A stretch of DNA of 64,000 nt from Limisphaerales bacterium. Its GTDB lineage: Bacteria; Verrucomicrobiota; Verrucomicrobiia; Limisphaerales; JAJOIW01. The notes under the pieces were generated by a model. It was given only the letters and a program-made list of their open reading frames with translations. It was not told the DNA's origin and ran no database searches. Each line of letters starts with the position of its first letter. The stretch's first letter is position 1. Of the stretch, positions 10,236 to 19,727 are shown one piece after another. Position numbers and translations under genes: made by a program. The stretch covers positions 96,001 through 160,000 of the forward strand of contig CBFHOE010000003.1 in the NCBI GenBank assembly GCA_965657355.1, given 5' to 3'.

Positions 10236-12044
10236 TCAGTTTATTTTTTCAACTTTATAGAATTGAAGTTGCTGATTTTGCGATGGGTCAAGAAATTCAG
10301 AAAGATCTCCTGTTGCCAAGAAATTGCTCGCCACGAGCTTCCAATCCCCTTGGCCAGCGTCTTGGCGACTCCATATATTGTACACTTTATTTGGGATCGA
10401 TTCCCATTTTATGAGAGTGCCAGCTTCAGTTACCTCTATTTCCTTAATCAAGAATTTGAATGAGCTGGAGTCTGTGGGATCTGTGTCTGACTTGTATTCA
10501 TACAAATTTGGAAATCCGTCGTTATCGGGATCCTCATGAGCAGCTGCAATCGCTGACGTGAATGGTGAGAAATATTTTCTCTGAAAATCGTCAGGAACCC
10601 CGTCGTAATTGCCATCAAATTCAGGATCACTTATTTCTAAAAATCCATCCACATAAACTTGCTGGCCTTCATAGTCGATAATCAGAGAGAGAAGGCCAGG
10701 GTCAATATTATCGGGTATATTGATCCTGGTTGTTATCAAATTCATATTGAGAACTGCCTTTCTCAAAACTTGTGTTTCGAAATATTCAAAGTCTGGGTGA
10801 CTTGTTCTTAGGGTTGCACCGGAAGTCGGAATATCATTTCCATATAAACCTATAAATATATCTTTCCGGCCTGATTTCGTCGCCACTGGTCCGGTTGTGA
10901 ATGAGAAAGGTCCGGCTGGGTGGTCTTCAACAGGCCTAATTTGTGAGATGATGAAATTGGGGCTGCCGGAACTCAAAGATTTATTGTGTGTGAGGATCTG
11001 GCCAGCTGTAATCTGAATGGATTCCGGGCTTGTAGGGGTAAACTGAGCTGGGTCAAAATTCTCGAAGCGGTAATCAATATCACCTATAAGCTGGGGTGAA
11101 TCTTGCCTAAATGTTGTATTAGGAGGAAAGCAGTTATAGCGGATCGTGTATTCCCCGGGCAGGAGCCCTCCAATCTCCCAGGACCCGTCACCCTCTGTAA
11201 CCGTTGCGCCTATTAGGTAGCCTTTTGAATCTTCAATAACCACTTTGGCAGCGGCGGCGGCTACCCCGTTTATCGAGAGAACTCCTTTAATTGATCCAAA
11301 TTTAGAAACAGCCGCTTGAGTGGGGTATACGTGTCGGGCAAAAATGATCTCGTCCATTGACAGCCCTTTCAGAAGGTTGTCTCCAAATGCGGATTGATAA
11401 TACATTGTTGCACCTCCAGCAACCGAATGAGTAAGTCCAAGAAAATGGCCTATCTCGTGCAAGACGATTCCATCTATTACTAAAGTTCTTCTTTCAAGAT
11501 TTTCTGAATTCCTTTGCCATTTGAAATCAATTCCATTCAAAACTGTATCCGATTCAAGGATATGCCCGTTTGTATCCCAAGAGGATACGTTAACTGCTGG
11601 TAAATTTCTGATGTTGGCCACTCCCCCCCATACAAATACTGAATTATTTTCCCAATAAATCAGATTTTTACCGTCTTGAAGATTGATGTCTAAATTGTTT
11701 TCAAGGATGCCTGCTTCTTCAAACTTTATATTGGAGTCGGGTATCGCTTCCCATTGATGAATTGCAGATCGAATAGCGTCCTGTTCGAATTTCTCGTTTT
11801 CCAATGAATAGGCTGGTGAACCAAGGTAATATTTAATTGCCTTTGTCTGACGATTAAATGAGTCGGAGTGAAGAAATGGACTATAAGGTGGATTAAATTG
11901 CCATGTCGTTGGGTGAGGGAATATGTTGTTTTGAGGATTAGCTTCTAATCGCTGGCGAACCGGAGCAGGCAGTTTCTCCATCCCAATCATCACTAACAAT
12001 AGGAAAATTGGGAAAATTTTCGGTGTTTTGTTTCCTCGATACAT
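10236..12044 (-). CDS. Secreted matrixin (M10/metzincin) metalloprotease with a carboxypeptidase-regulatory-like domain and DxDxDG C-terminal module
   Basis: HEIGHFLGLTH zinc motif, Met-turn ATMY, SIKG...GLLPGEYTI domain, DGNYDGVPD and DPDNDGFPNLYEY motifs, ends FYKVEKIN. Confidence 0.88.
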   Translation of the reverse strand: MYRGNKTPKIFPIFLLLVMIGMEKLPAPVRQRLEANPQNNIFPHPTTWQFNPPYSPFLHSDSFNRQTKAIKYYLGSPAYSLENEKFEQDAIRSAIHQWEAIPDSNIKFEEAGILENNLDINLQDGKNLIYWENNSVFVWGGVANIRNLPAVNVSSWDTNGHILESDTVLNGIDFKWQRNSENLERRTLVIDGIVLHEIGHFLGLTHSVAGGATMYYQSAFGDNLLKGLSMDEIIFARHVYPTQAAVSKFGSIKGVLSINGVAAAAAKVVIEDSKGYLIGATVTEGDGSWEIGGLLPGEYTIRYNCFPPNTTFRQDSPQLIGDIDYRFENFDPAQFTPTSPESIQITAGQILTHNKSLSSGSPNFIISQIRPVEDHPAGPFSFTTGPVATKSGRKDIFIGLYGNDIPTSGATLRTSHPDFEYFETQVLRKAVLNMNLITTRINIPDNIDPGLLSLIIDYEGQQVYVDGFLEISDPEFDGNYDGVPDDFQRKYFSPFTSAIAAAHEDPDNDGFPNLYEYKSDTDPTDSSSFKFLIKEIEVTEAGTLIKWESIPNKVYNIWSRQDAGQGDWKLVASNFLATGDLSEFLDPSQNQQLQFYKVEKIN

Positions 12045-12568
12045 TATTTTGATTGAACCTCTTTTTGGACGAGACCTTTGAGGTCTTTTAAAGGGAGAGT
12101 CATTCCGTTGGCATTAAGCTGGGCAAATCCATTGTTGCTCGCGATCTCAATGCCATCAGTTGGTTTTGATAAACTTTTTTTAATATCAAAGTGACCCTGC
12201 CATAGTGATACTATGATCCAATTATTTTTTTTATTTTTAACCAAAAAAAGCGCTGACTTATCCCCTCTTTTAAAGAGTTTTTGATTTTTGTTTTTTTGCA
12301 TTATACTTCCAAGAACTCCTCCAGGTTGTATAACATTTATTATTTTTTCATTTAAACGACCCTTCCAGGTTTCGGTAACAGAAATTTCAGCTGATGTAAT
12401 GAGTCGTTTTCTATCGTCCGTGTAGCAGCGAATTTTTGAGATTTTGCCACAAACAATGAGTTGAGATTCCTCTATTAAAGAAGAAATATCTATTGCGGAA
12501 GGCTTAGCGTTCTCAATCAGTGTTAAGAATGCCACTGCCGCAAATGCGGATCTGGCAAATTTATACAT
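12044..12568 (-). CDS. Small secreted protein translationally coupled to the matrixin (putative prodomain/chaperone)
   Basis: Signal-peptide-like N-terminus; S-x-LIV-x-GKI ... V-x-ETWKG ... PGG-x-LG ... F-x-x-GD-x-x-x-LFL pattern; TAATG stop/start overlap at 12046-12042. Confidence 0.75.
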   Translation of the reverse strand: MYKFARSAFAAVAFLTLIENAKPSAIDISSLIEESQLIVCGKISKIRCYTDDRKRLITSAEISVTETWKGRLNEKIINVIQPGGVLGSIMQKNKNQKLFKRGDKSALFLVKNKKNNWIIVSLWQGHFDIKKSLSKPTDGIEIASNNGFAQLNANGMTLPLKDLKGLVQKEVQSK

Positions 12569-12698
12569 AATAAATACCTAGCACACCGTCTCCCAAATCA
12601 CAACTCGTGCAAGAAGTTTATTATCAAAGATAACATATTGAGCCGAATTGCTTTAAGTCGCGGAGGAAAACGAATAAAGTGGAGGATAATTTTCATTC

Positions 12699-13808
12699 AT
12701 GTCTGAAAAAAAGCTCAGAATTGTCATGTTGAATTGGCGTGACCCCGAGAATCCGTTGGCTGGTGGTGCTGAGCGAGTGACTCTCGGGTATTTGGCCGAT
12801 CTAGCCGAACGTGGCCATGAGGTATTCTGGCTTACTCATTCTTACGAAGGTTGCGAGAAAACCACTGAAATTTCAGGTGTTCGGGTTATCAGGTTGGGTA
12901 ATTTAATTCGATCCCGGATACGAGCTTACATCTGGGTAAAGAATCATTTCCCCATTGATTTACTTATTGATCAACACCATGGAATTCCTTGGTTCACCAA
13001 TTTATGGGCTCCTTGCCCTGCCATTTCTTATATTCACGAAGTGTTAGGTCCTATTTGGAAGTCTTTTTATCCCTTTCCGCTGGCCCAGCTTGGTATAATG
13101 CAAGAGCGGATTACTCTTTGGTTTTATCGAAAACAAAAATTTTGGACTGGGTGTCATACGACGCAAACCCACCTCAAGGATGCAGGTGTTCGAGATGTCA
13201 CCATCATCCCGTACGGTGTAGACCTCAAACCGCTACAAACTCTTCCCACTAAAATTTTAGAGCCACCATTACGCCTAGCTATGGTTAGCCGACTGGCACC
13301 AAACAAAAGAGTACACCTTGGTGTCGCACTCCTTAAATCGCTAAATGAGCAAGGAGTGGATACTTACCTAAAAATAATAGGAACCGGTGAGTGTGAGTCT
13401 GAAATTAGAAGGGTTATTTCTGATAATGGGATGCAGGACCGTTGTGAGTTGCTTGGTCACGTTGAAGAAGGTGAAAAATTGGCCCATTTGCAAGAAGCTC
13501 ATTTTTTGGTTCATACCTCGATGCGAGAGGGGTGGGGGCTCAATGTAGTCGAGGCCAATGCCTATGGCACGCCAGCTGTTGTTTTTCCAGTTCCTGGTTT
13601 AATTGACAGTACTACTCATTTGGAAACAGGGTATATTTCTAAGTATGAGGACGTTGCTAGCCTTGCTTTGGTGATTCTTGAAGCTATTCAAAACCCTAAG
13701 GTCTATCAGGAATGCAGAAAAAATGCTTTGATGAGAGCTCGGTCGCATCTTTGGGAGGAAGTGTTGCCCCATGCAAGAAGCTTTGTGCTCACATCAGCTC
13801 AATCATAA
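12699..13808 (+). CDS. Glycosyltransferase family 4 (GT-B fold)
   Basis: AGGAE at the N-terminus, SRLAPNKRV, EGWGLNVVEANAYGTP (ExxE motif). Confidence 0.9.
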   Translation: MSEKKLRIVMLNWRDPENPLAGGAERVTLGYLADLAERGHEVFWLTHSYEGCEKTTEISGVRVIRLGNLIRSRIRAYIWVKNHFPIDLLIDQHHGIPWFTNLWAPCPAISYIHEVLGPIWKSFYPFPLAQLGIMQERITLWFYRKQKFWTGCHTTQTHLKDAGVRDVTIIPYGVDLKPLQTLPTKILEPPLRLAMVSRLAPNKRVHLGVALLKSLNEQGVDTYLKIIGTGECESEIRRVISDNGMQDRCELLGHVEEGEKLAHLQEAHFLVHTSMREGWGLNVVEANAYGTPAVVFPVPGLIDSTTHLETGYISKYEDVASLALVILEAIQNPKVYQECRKNALMRARSHLWEEVLPHARSFVLTSAQS

Positions 13809-13860
13809 CCTTAGTTTCAAATAGATTGGATTTATTAGAAACTTCATTTATTTGTAACAT

Positions 13861-14172
13861 ATGACCGAAACAGGAAAATTTTCAGAACAAAAAATCCAAC
13901 AATCCATCAAAGACTTAGACAAAGGTTGGGCATTAGAAGACGATAAGCTGACTCGAGTTTTTATATTCTCTAATTTTGTCTATGCCTTTAGCTTCATGTC
14001 CGGTGTGGCCATCATGGCAGAAAAATTAAACCACCACCCAGAATGGTTCAACGTATACAACAGGGTGAAGATTCAACTAACGACTCATGATGTCGGTGGG
14101 ATATCCGAATTGGACTTCAAACTAGCAGCTAAAATGGATAAGATTGCACAATCCATCGGCAGCCATCAGTAG
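13861..14172 (+). CDS. phhB: Pterin-4-alpha-carbinolamine dehydratase
   Basis: [28 protein letters not shown] signature. Confidence 0.92.
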   Translation: MTETGKFSEQKIQQSIKDLDKGWALEDDKLTRVFIFSNFVYAFSFMSGVAIMAEKLNHHPEWFNVYNRVKIQLTTHDVGGISELDFKLAAKMDKIAQSIGSHQ

Positions 14173-14179
14173 GTGATCC

Positions 14180-14896
14180 TTATTTAATACCTTCTAATCT
14201 CTGCTTCCACATTTTATATAGCTGATTTGTTGCCTCCACATCTCTGACGCAATACTCAGCTATTTCTCTGTATTTCCCCTCATTCATGAGCCTTGTCACA
14301 TCCATGCCTGTGACCCCTTGACTTTTAGGGGAATCAATTCCAAAGGCTCTGCAGTAGAAATCTAGATTAAACTTTCTTGCCGCGCCCATTCTTCCGCTCG
14401 CTCCATAGAAACACAATTGGTCCGCGAGATCGCAATGCGAATCAGTGGAAAATCTATATCCCATCCAATTTTTAGCGGAGATCGAGACATCCAGAAGTGC
14501 CGAACGAAGATATAAGAATGGAACATCAAACGCTCTTCCGTTGAATGTGACTACTTTATCAAAGTGCTTTGCGGCCTGCCAAAAACTGTTTAATAGTTCA
14601 GATTCATCTGGGCATGCAACGTACTCAATATCACCAGACAAGCCTCCCTCATCAAAATCATCCGCCAAGAAAAGACTCTTACCCCTTCCTGTATCTACAT
14701 TAATCATCGCTATACAGACGATTTGGGCGGTGAATGGCCAGAGTGCAAACATCTTTTCAATCTCGCCCGTTTCCTTAATTCTCTCCTCCTCCGACTCTAA
14801 ATTTTCAGCCGATCGAAAAATATATTCTTGTTGTGATTCATCTAGATATTCACGTGGCAAGGCGGAAGTCTCAATGTCGAATACTAATGTTGCCAT
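14180..14896 (-). CDS. Stand-alone PolB-like 3'-5' exonuclease (DEDDy, RNase H-like fold)
   Basis: ExoI FDIET, ExoII TFNGRAFDVPFL, ExoIII YCVRDV. Confidence 0.85.
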   Translation of the reverse strand: MATLVFDIETSALPREYLDESQQEYIFRSAENLESEEERIKETGEIEKMFALWPFTAQIVCIAMINVDTGRGKSLFLADDFDEGGLSGDIEYVACPDESELLNSFWQAAKHFDKVVTFNGRAFDVPFLYLRSALLDVSISAKNWMGYRFSTDSHCDLADQLCFYGASGRMGAARKFNLDFYCRAFGIDSPKSQGVTGMDVTRLMNEGKYREIAEYCVRDVEATNQLYKMWKQRLEGIK

Positions 14897-15308
14897 GACT
14901 ATACTCTACTTGATGAGCTCCAATGGTTTAAGAAAATTCCCTCAGATAGCAGGAAAAGTGTTATTTTAATCGCAAACCTTTTCCTTTTTGAGTCGAATAA
15001 TACGTATTTAAAAATCGTTTCACTGATATTTTGACTGTTTTAGGAGGCTGATGAATGGAAATATCTCAGAAAAGGTTTGTTCATTTTCATTTCAGGCTGA
15101 AAAGAAGATACAAACGGTTCTAACATGAGAAGATCCATAGATTAGAGATCGAATTTTTTATAAAAATGAATTTCAATACAATCCATACTCATAGTGACGA
15201 GGCGCTTGTTTCAGTGGCGACTCTCTCTGAGTTTTAATCCATTTTATAGAGAAAAATTAGAACCAAGTTGCTAGAATTAATGACTTTGTATTCTCAATTG
15301 CCATTTCG

Positions 15309-16715
15309 ATGAGAAAAGAATTTTACGAAAATATCGCTCATACCAAGCCCGAAATTGCTCATAGGTTATATAATAAACTCATACAGAGATATTTTCGGTT
15401 TTTCATTCCAGAAGGGGCTCGTGTTTTAGAAATAGGATGCGGAATTGGCGATTTATTAGCGGCTGTAAACCCCGCGTATGGCGTTGGTATCGATTTTTCG
15501 CCCACCATGATTCAATTGGCTACTTCCAGGCATCCAGAGCATACTTTTATTGAAGCAAATGCAGAAAGTTTTCAATCGGAAGATCACTTTGATTACATTG
15601 TACTATCTGATTTAGTCAACGATCTCGAAGATGTTCAGCAAGTTCTTGAAAACGTGAAATCCTTTGCTCATAGCCGAACTCGGATTATCGTTAATTTCTT
15701 CAATGACTTTTGGAGGCCTATTCTTTATTTGGCGGTTTCCAGAGGTTGGAAATCTCCCACCCCAAAAAATCAGAATTGGTTGTCGATAGCCGACATTGAG
15801 AACATGCTTTCCCTATCTGGTTGGGAAAAGGTGAAGTCGGATAACAAAATTTTAATTCCTGTCAACTTGGGCTTCGTTAGTGATCTAGTTAATAGGTGGT
15901 TTGCCCCATTACCTTTGGTTCGAAGTCTTGCCCTTTCCAAATTTATCGTGGCCAGGCCAACTCATGTTGCAATGTGGGAGATTGGTAACCGAGCTTTCTC
16001 ATGCACTGTCGTCATACCTTCGAGGAATGAGGCTGGCAATATCGAGCATGCGGTAAAGCGAACCCCTGAAATGGGAATAGGTACTGAAATTATTTTTATA
16101 GAGGGAGGGTCATCTGACAATACATGGGATGAAATTTGTCGAGTTCAGAAGGCCTATCCAGAAAAGAATATTAAATCTATGAGGCAATCTGGTAAAGGAA
16201 AGGGGAATGCCGTCAGAGAAGCATTTGCTAAAGCAACCGGGGACATCCTTTTTATTTTAGATGCCGACTTAACTGTTCCGCCTGAGGAGTTGCCAAAATT
16301 CTATGAAACAGCGCGAAAGGGGCATGCCGATTTTGTAAATGGAGTTCGCCTTGTCTATCCAATGGAAGCCCAGGCAATGAGGTTCTTTAACATGCTGGGA
16401 AACATGTTTTTCAGTCGCTCATTCACTTGGCTTCTTGGACAGAGAATAAAGGATACTTTATGCGGAACTAAGGTCCTGTTTCGCGAGGATTACCAAAAGA
16501 TAGCAGCTAATAGAAAATACTTTGGTGATTTTGATCCTTTTGGTGATTTTGACCTACTCTTCGGGGCGTCAAAACTTAACTTAAAAATCGTAGATCTTCC
16601 CATTAGATATAAGGCCCGAACCTATGGCGATACGAATATTGACAGGTGGAAGCATGGCGCGATTTTGATTAGAATGCTTGTTTTCGCAGCAAGACGACTG
16701 AAATTTATCAAATGA
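15309..16715 (+). CDS. Class I SAM methyltransferase-like domain fused to a GT2 (polyprenol-phosphate glycosyltransferase-like) domain
   Basis: N-terminal VLEIGCGIGD motif I; C-terminal VVIPSRNEAGNI, GGSSDNT, GKGNAV, ILDADL and DTLCGTK motifs. Confidence 0.87.
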   Translation: MRKEFYENIAHTKPEIAHRLYNKLIQRYFRFFIPEGARVLEIGCGIGDLLAAVNPAYGVGIDFSPTMIQLATSRHPEHTFIEANAESFQSEDHFDYIVLSDLVNDLEDVQQVLENVKSFAHSRTRIIVNFFNDFWRPILYLAVSRGWKSPTPKNQNWLSIADIENMLSLSGWEKVKSDNKILIPVNLGFVSDLVNRWFAPLPLVRSLALSKFIVARPTHVAMWEIGNRAFSCTVVIPSRNEAGNIEHAVKRTPEMGIGTEIIFIEGGSSDNTWDEICRVQKAYPEKNIKSMRQSGKGKGNAVREAFAKATGDILFILDADLTVPPEELPKFYETARKGHADFVNGVRLVYPMEAQAMRFFNMLGNMFFSRSFTWLLGQRIKDTLCGTKVLFREDYQKIAANRKYFGDFDPFGDFDLLFGASKLNLKIVDLPIRYKARTYGDTNIDRWKHGAILIRMLVFAARRLKFIK

Positions 16716-17479
16716 ATTTGGATTTAAACCAGCAGCACTTAAATGAAATTCTGCTTAATAAGGAAAGCTGGGATAAAAAACCTATTGTCCAAAAAATTTA
16801 TCAATCATTTTTTGAAAGAGTGAGTGCAGAGCTTTCTCCACTCTCTTTAACCTCGAATAGAAAAATAGTTGAAATTGGGAGTGGAATGGGGATGCTGAAA
16901 TCCCGGATTCCAGATCTTATTACAACTGATCTGTTTCCCAACCCGTGGATCGATCTGGCCTGCACGGCATATTCTTTACCATTCGAGGAAGACTCAGTTT
17001 CCGACATCCTACTAATAGATGTTTTTCACCATCTCGAAAGACCTTTTGCTTTTTTAAAAGAGGCTTCCAGAGTTTTGTTGCCGGGTGGTCGGGTCATTCT
17101 TTTAGAACCTTTTATAAGTCTGACAAGCTTTCCTGTCTTCGAGTTTTTGCATCCTGAGCCTGTTGGAAAAGCATTGGAAATTTCTCTTATAGACGAGCCA
17201 CCCAAAGATCCGGCATATTACGCCGCTCAAGGTAATGCCACTCATATTTTTTTTAATAAATCAGCTGACTTGTCGCATTGTCCTCTATCGATTCTGAAGA
17301 CTATGAGCTGGTCATGCTGGAATTACCTTCTTTCGGGTGGGTTCAGTAAACCAGCATTTTATCCTAAATATTTTTATCATTGGATATCAGTGATAGATAA
17401 GTTTTTGTCCCATTTTCCAACGGTATTCGCCGGGAGGTGCCTTGTTGTCCTCGAAAAGCCACAGAACTGTAACACGTGA
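16712..17479 (+). CDS. Class I SAM-dependent methyltransferase
   Basis: IVEIGSGMG, LPF...DVFHHL, RVLLPGG; ATGA overlap with the upstream gene. Confidence 0.87.
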   Translation: MNLDLNQQHLNEILLNKESWDKKPIVQKIYQSFFERVSAELSPLSLTSNRKIVEIGSGMGMLKSRIPDLITTDLFPNPWIDLACTAYSLPFEEDSVSDILLIDVFHHLERPFAFLKEASRVLLPGGRVILLEPFISLTSFPVFEFLHPEPVGKALEISLIDEPPKDPAYYAAQGNATHIFFNKSADLSHCPLSILKTMSWSCWNYLLSGGFSKPAFYPKYFYHWISVIDKFLSHFPTVFAGRCLVVLEKPQNCNT

Positions 17480-17555
17480 TGCTTTTGTCTGTTTGTTTGT
17501 TTGCCAAGTTCGGTGACATAAGTTAATCATTTTATAAACCAAACCTGGATCAGAT

Positions 17556-18146
17556 ATGATAGATCGCATTTCCAGGCCCACTGTGCTGGTGCTGAATCGA
17601 AACTGGCAGGCGGTTAATGCTTCCACGCCTAAGGTTGCCTTTTGTCATTTAATATCTGGATCGGCCTCGGCCCTCCACATCGTATCCCACGAGGAAATGT
17701 ATCCCATGCAATGGAACGAGTGGATTAAAATTCCGACGACGCCACAAGATAGCACAATTCGAACAATCCGGGGCCCCATTAAAATCCCAACCGTCATCAT
17801 TCTTAAATCATTTTCAAAAATTCCAACGCGGAAGCCAAAGCTAAATTCGCGATCCATCAGGGAAAGGGACCGTAACCGCTGTCAGTATACAGGACGGTTT
17901 TTAAAGCCCGATGAAGGGAGTGTCGACCATATAGTTCCTCGGTCTAGAGGAGGAAAAGACTCATGGGATAATTGTGTTTGGGCATCCAAAAAAATAAATT
18001 CAAAAAAAGGAAGTCAGCTACCAGAAGAGGCCGGTCTAAGACTTCTCAGGGAGCCCTTTGAAATGAGGGAAATGCCGGTGACAGCTTTTATTAGGAATAC
18101 ATACGAGGTCGATGATTGGAAATTTTTCCTGCCCAAATACGCCTGA
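17556..18146 (+). CDS. HNH endonuclease
   Basis: VLVLNRNWQ N-terminus; RDRNRCQYTG ... DHIVPRSRGG ... WDNCV ... NSKKG HNH core. Confidence 0.88.
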   Translation: MIDRISRPTVLVLNRNWQAVNASTPKVAFCHLISGSASALHIVSHEEMYPMQWNEWIKIPTTPQDSTIRTIRGPIKIPTVIILKSFSKIPTRKPKLNSRSIRERDRNRCQYTGRFLKPDEGSVDHIVPRSRGGKDSWDNCVWASKKINSKKGSQLPEEAGLRLLREPFEMREMPVTAFIRNTYEVDDWKFFLPKYA

Positions 18147-18179
18147 TGATAATTTAGTTTTGTCTCCTTTCCGGTTTCT

Positions 18180-19727
18180 ATGTCATCAATTCTTTTTAGC
18201 GTGAAACAAAAGAAAATAATTTGGTTATTAGGAGTATTTGTTTTTTTTAAAATCAGCTGCTTATCATCTATTGAATTTGAAGTTGCCGATATTTTTGGAG
18301 ATAACATGGTTCTTCAAGCGGGAGCTGCAGGGAAAATCTGGGGAAAGGGGCCATCAGGTGAAAAGGTCAGTCTCAAAATAGCCGGGTCCGAAGCTCATAC
18401 CACAATTGATTCACTCGGCAAATGGCAAATAGAACTCCCAAATCTAAGTCCATCTTACACGACTTATAATCTTGTAGTTGAAGGCCCGAAAACTATTCGA
18501 TTTCAAAATATTTTGTTTGGAGATGTTTGGTACGCTTCTGGTCAATCTAATATGGAATGGCGCTTAAGAGAATGCGCAAAAAGAGAAAAAAAATTTTTGG
18601 AATTCATTGAAACGGCAAAACTGGCGACGATTCGATTTAGGACGATCAAAACCCAGCAATCCAGACGCCCACTTGATAGAATTGGAGATAAAAAAAATTG
18701 GGTAGTTGCAGATTCCGGATCCGTTCTGGACTTTTCAGCCCTCGCCTATCTTTTTGCAAATGAATTATTCAATAAGCTCGATAGACCAATCGGGATTATT
18801 GATAGCTCCTGGGGTGGGCACCCTATTGAGCCGTTCATTCCGTCTTCAGCTTTTAGAGGACACCCAGTCCTCGAAGAAGAGTTGCGGCTTTCTCAAGCTG
18901 GAGATTTAAAGGGTTTAAGAAAATTACCCGGTGGCGTTTGGGCGCGGGATGAATCTTGGTTGGCAGGAAGAATATATAATTCACGTGTCGCTCCCATCCT
19001 TCCATTTCAAATTAAAGGAATTATATGGTACCAAGCTGAATCTAATTGTGGGACCGGTGAGGACCCTCGATATTATCACGTCAAAATGGATGCTTTGATT
19101 CGCGGTTGGAGAGAAGCTTGGAAAGACCTAAAACTGCCCTTTTATTACGTTCAATTACCCCAATACACCGCCCAGGGTTGGACTTTAATGAGAGATGAAC
19201 AGCGCCGAGCTCTCAATGCCATATCGCACTCTGGTATGGTGGTCACTATCGATTTAAAGCTAGATGAGATTCATCCTGCAAACAAATTAGACGTTGCCAA
19301 AAGGCTTGCTCAATTAGCCCTTGGTGGAGCCTATGAGAGGGATGTAGTTTGTTCAGGGCCTTTTTTTGAAAGAGTCATCTTTAAAGATGAGATAGCTATC
19401 ATTACATTTAAAAATACATCTGCCGGATTGATTACAGGCAAGATGAGTGATTACCGCTCCGTCCAGTTTTCCAGTGATAAGTCAATTAACGGTTTTGAAA
19501 TACTCTCAGAGGACGGTCAGTGGTTCCCTGCAAAAGCTGTTATCACAAACGGCAATGAGGTTCGATGCCATTCTCAAGAGGTTGAAAATCCCCAAGCTGT
19601 CAGATACGGTTGGAGGCCTGCGATGCCCCTCAATAAGCCATGGAATCTCTACAATAAAGCAGGTCTCCCAGCTTCTCCATTCAACTCACTGCCTATTGAA
19701 AAAATATATCCAGATGTCAGGCTTTGA
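18180..19727 (+). CDS. Sialate O-acetylesterase family protein (SGNH/SASA)
   Basis: DNMVLQ, GDVWYASGQSNM, GIIWYQAESN, PFYYVQLP, EIHPANK and YNKAGLPASPF motifs. Confidence 0.9.
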   Translation: MSSILFSVKQKKIIWLLGVFVFFKISCLSSIEFEVADIFGDNMVLQAGAAGKIWGKGPSGEKVSLKIAGSEAHTTIDSLGKWQIELPNLSPSYTTYNLVVEGPKTIRFQNILFGDVWYASGQSNMEWRLRECAKREKKFLEFIETAKLATIRFRTIKTQQSRRPLDRIGDKKNWVVADSGSVLDFSALAYLFANELFNKLDRPIGIIDSSWGGHPIEPFIPSSAFRGHPVLEEELRLSQAGDLKGLRKLPGGVWARDESWLAGRIYNSRVAPILPFQIKGIIWYQAESNCGTGEDPRYYHVKMDALIRGWREAWKDLKLPFYYVQLPQYTAQGWTLMRDEQRRALNAISHSGMVVTIDLKLDEIHPANKLDVAKRLAQLALGGAYERDVVCSGPFFERVIFKDEIAIITFKNTSAGLITGKMSDYRSVQFSSDKSINGFEILSEDGQWFPAKAVITNGNEVRCHSQEVENPQAVRYGWRPAMPLNKPWNLYNKAGLPASPFNSLPIEKIYPDVRL

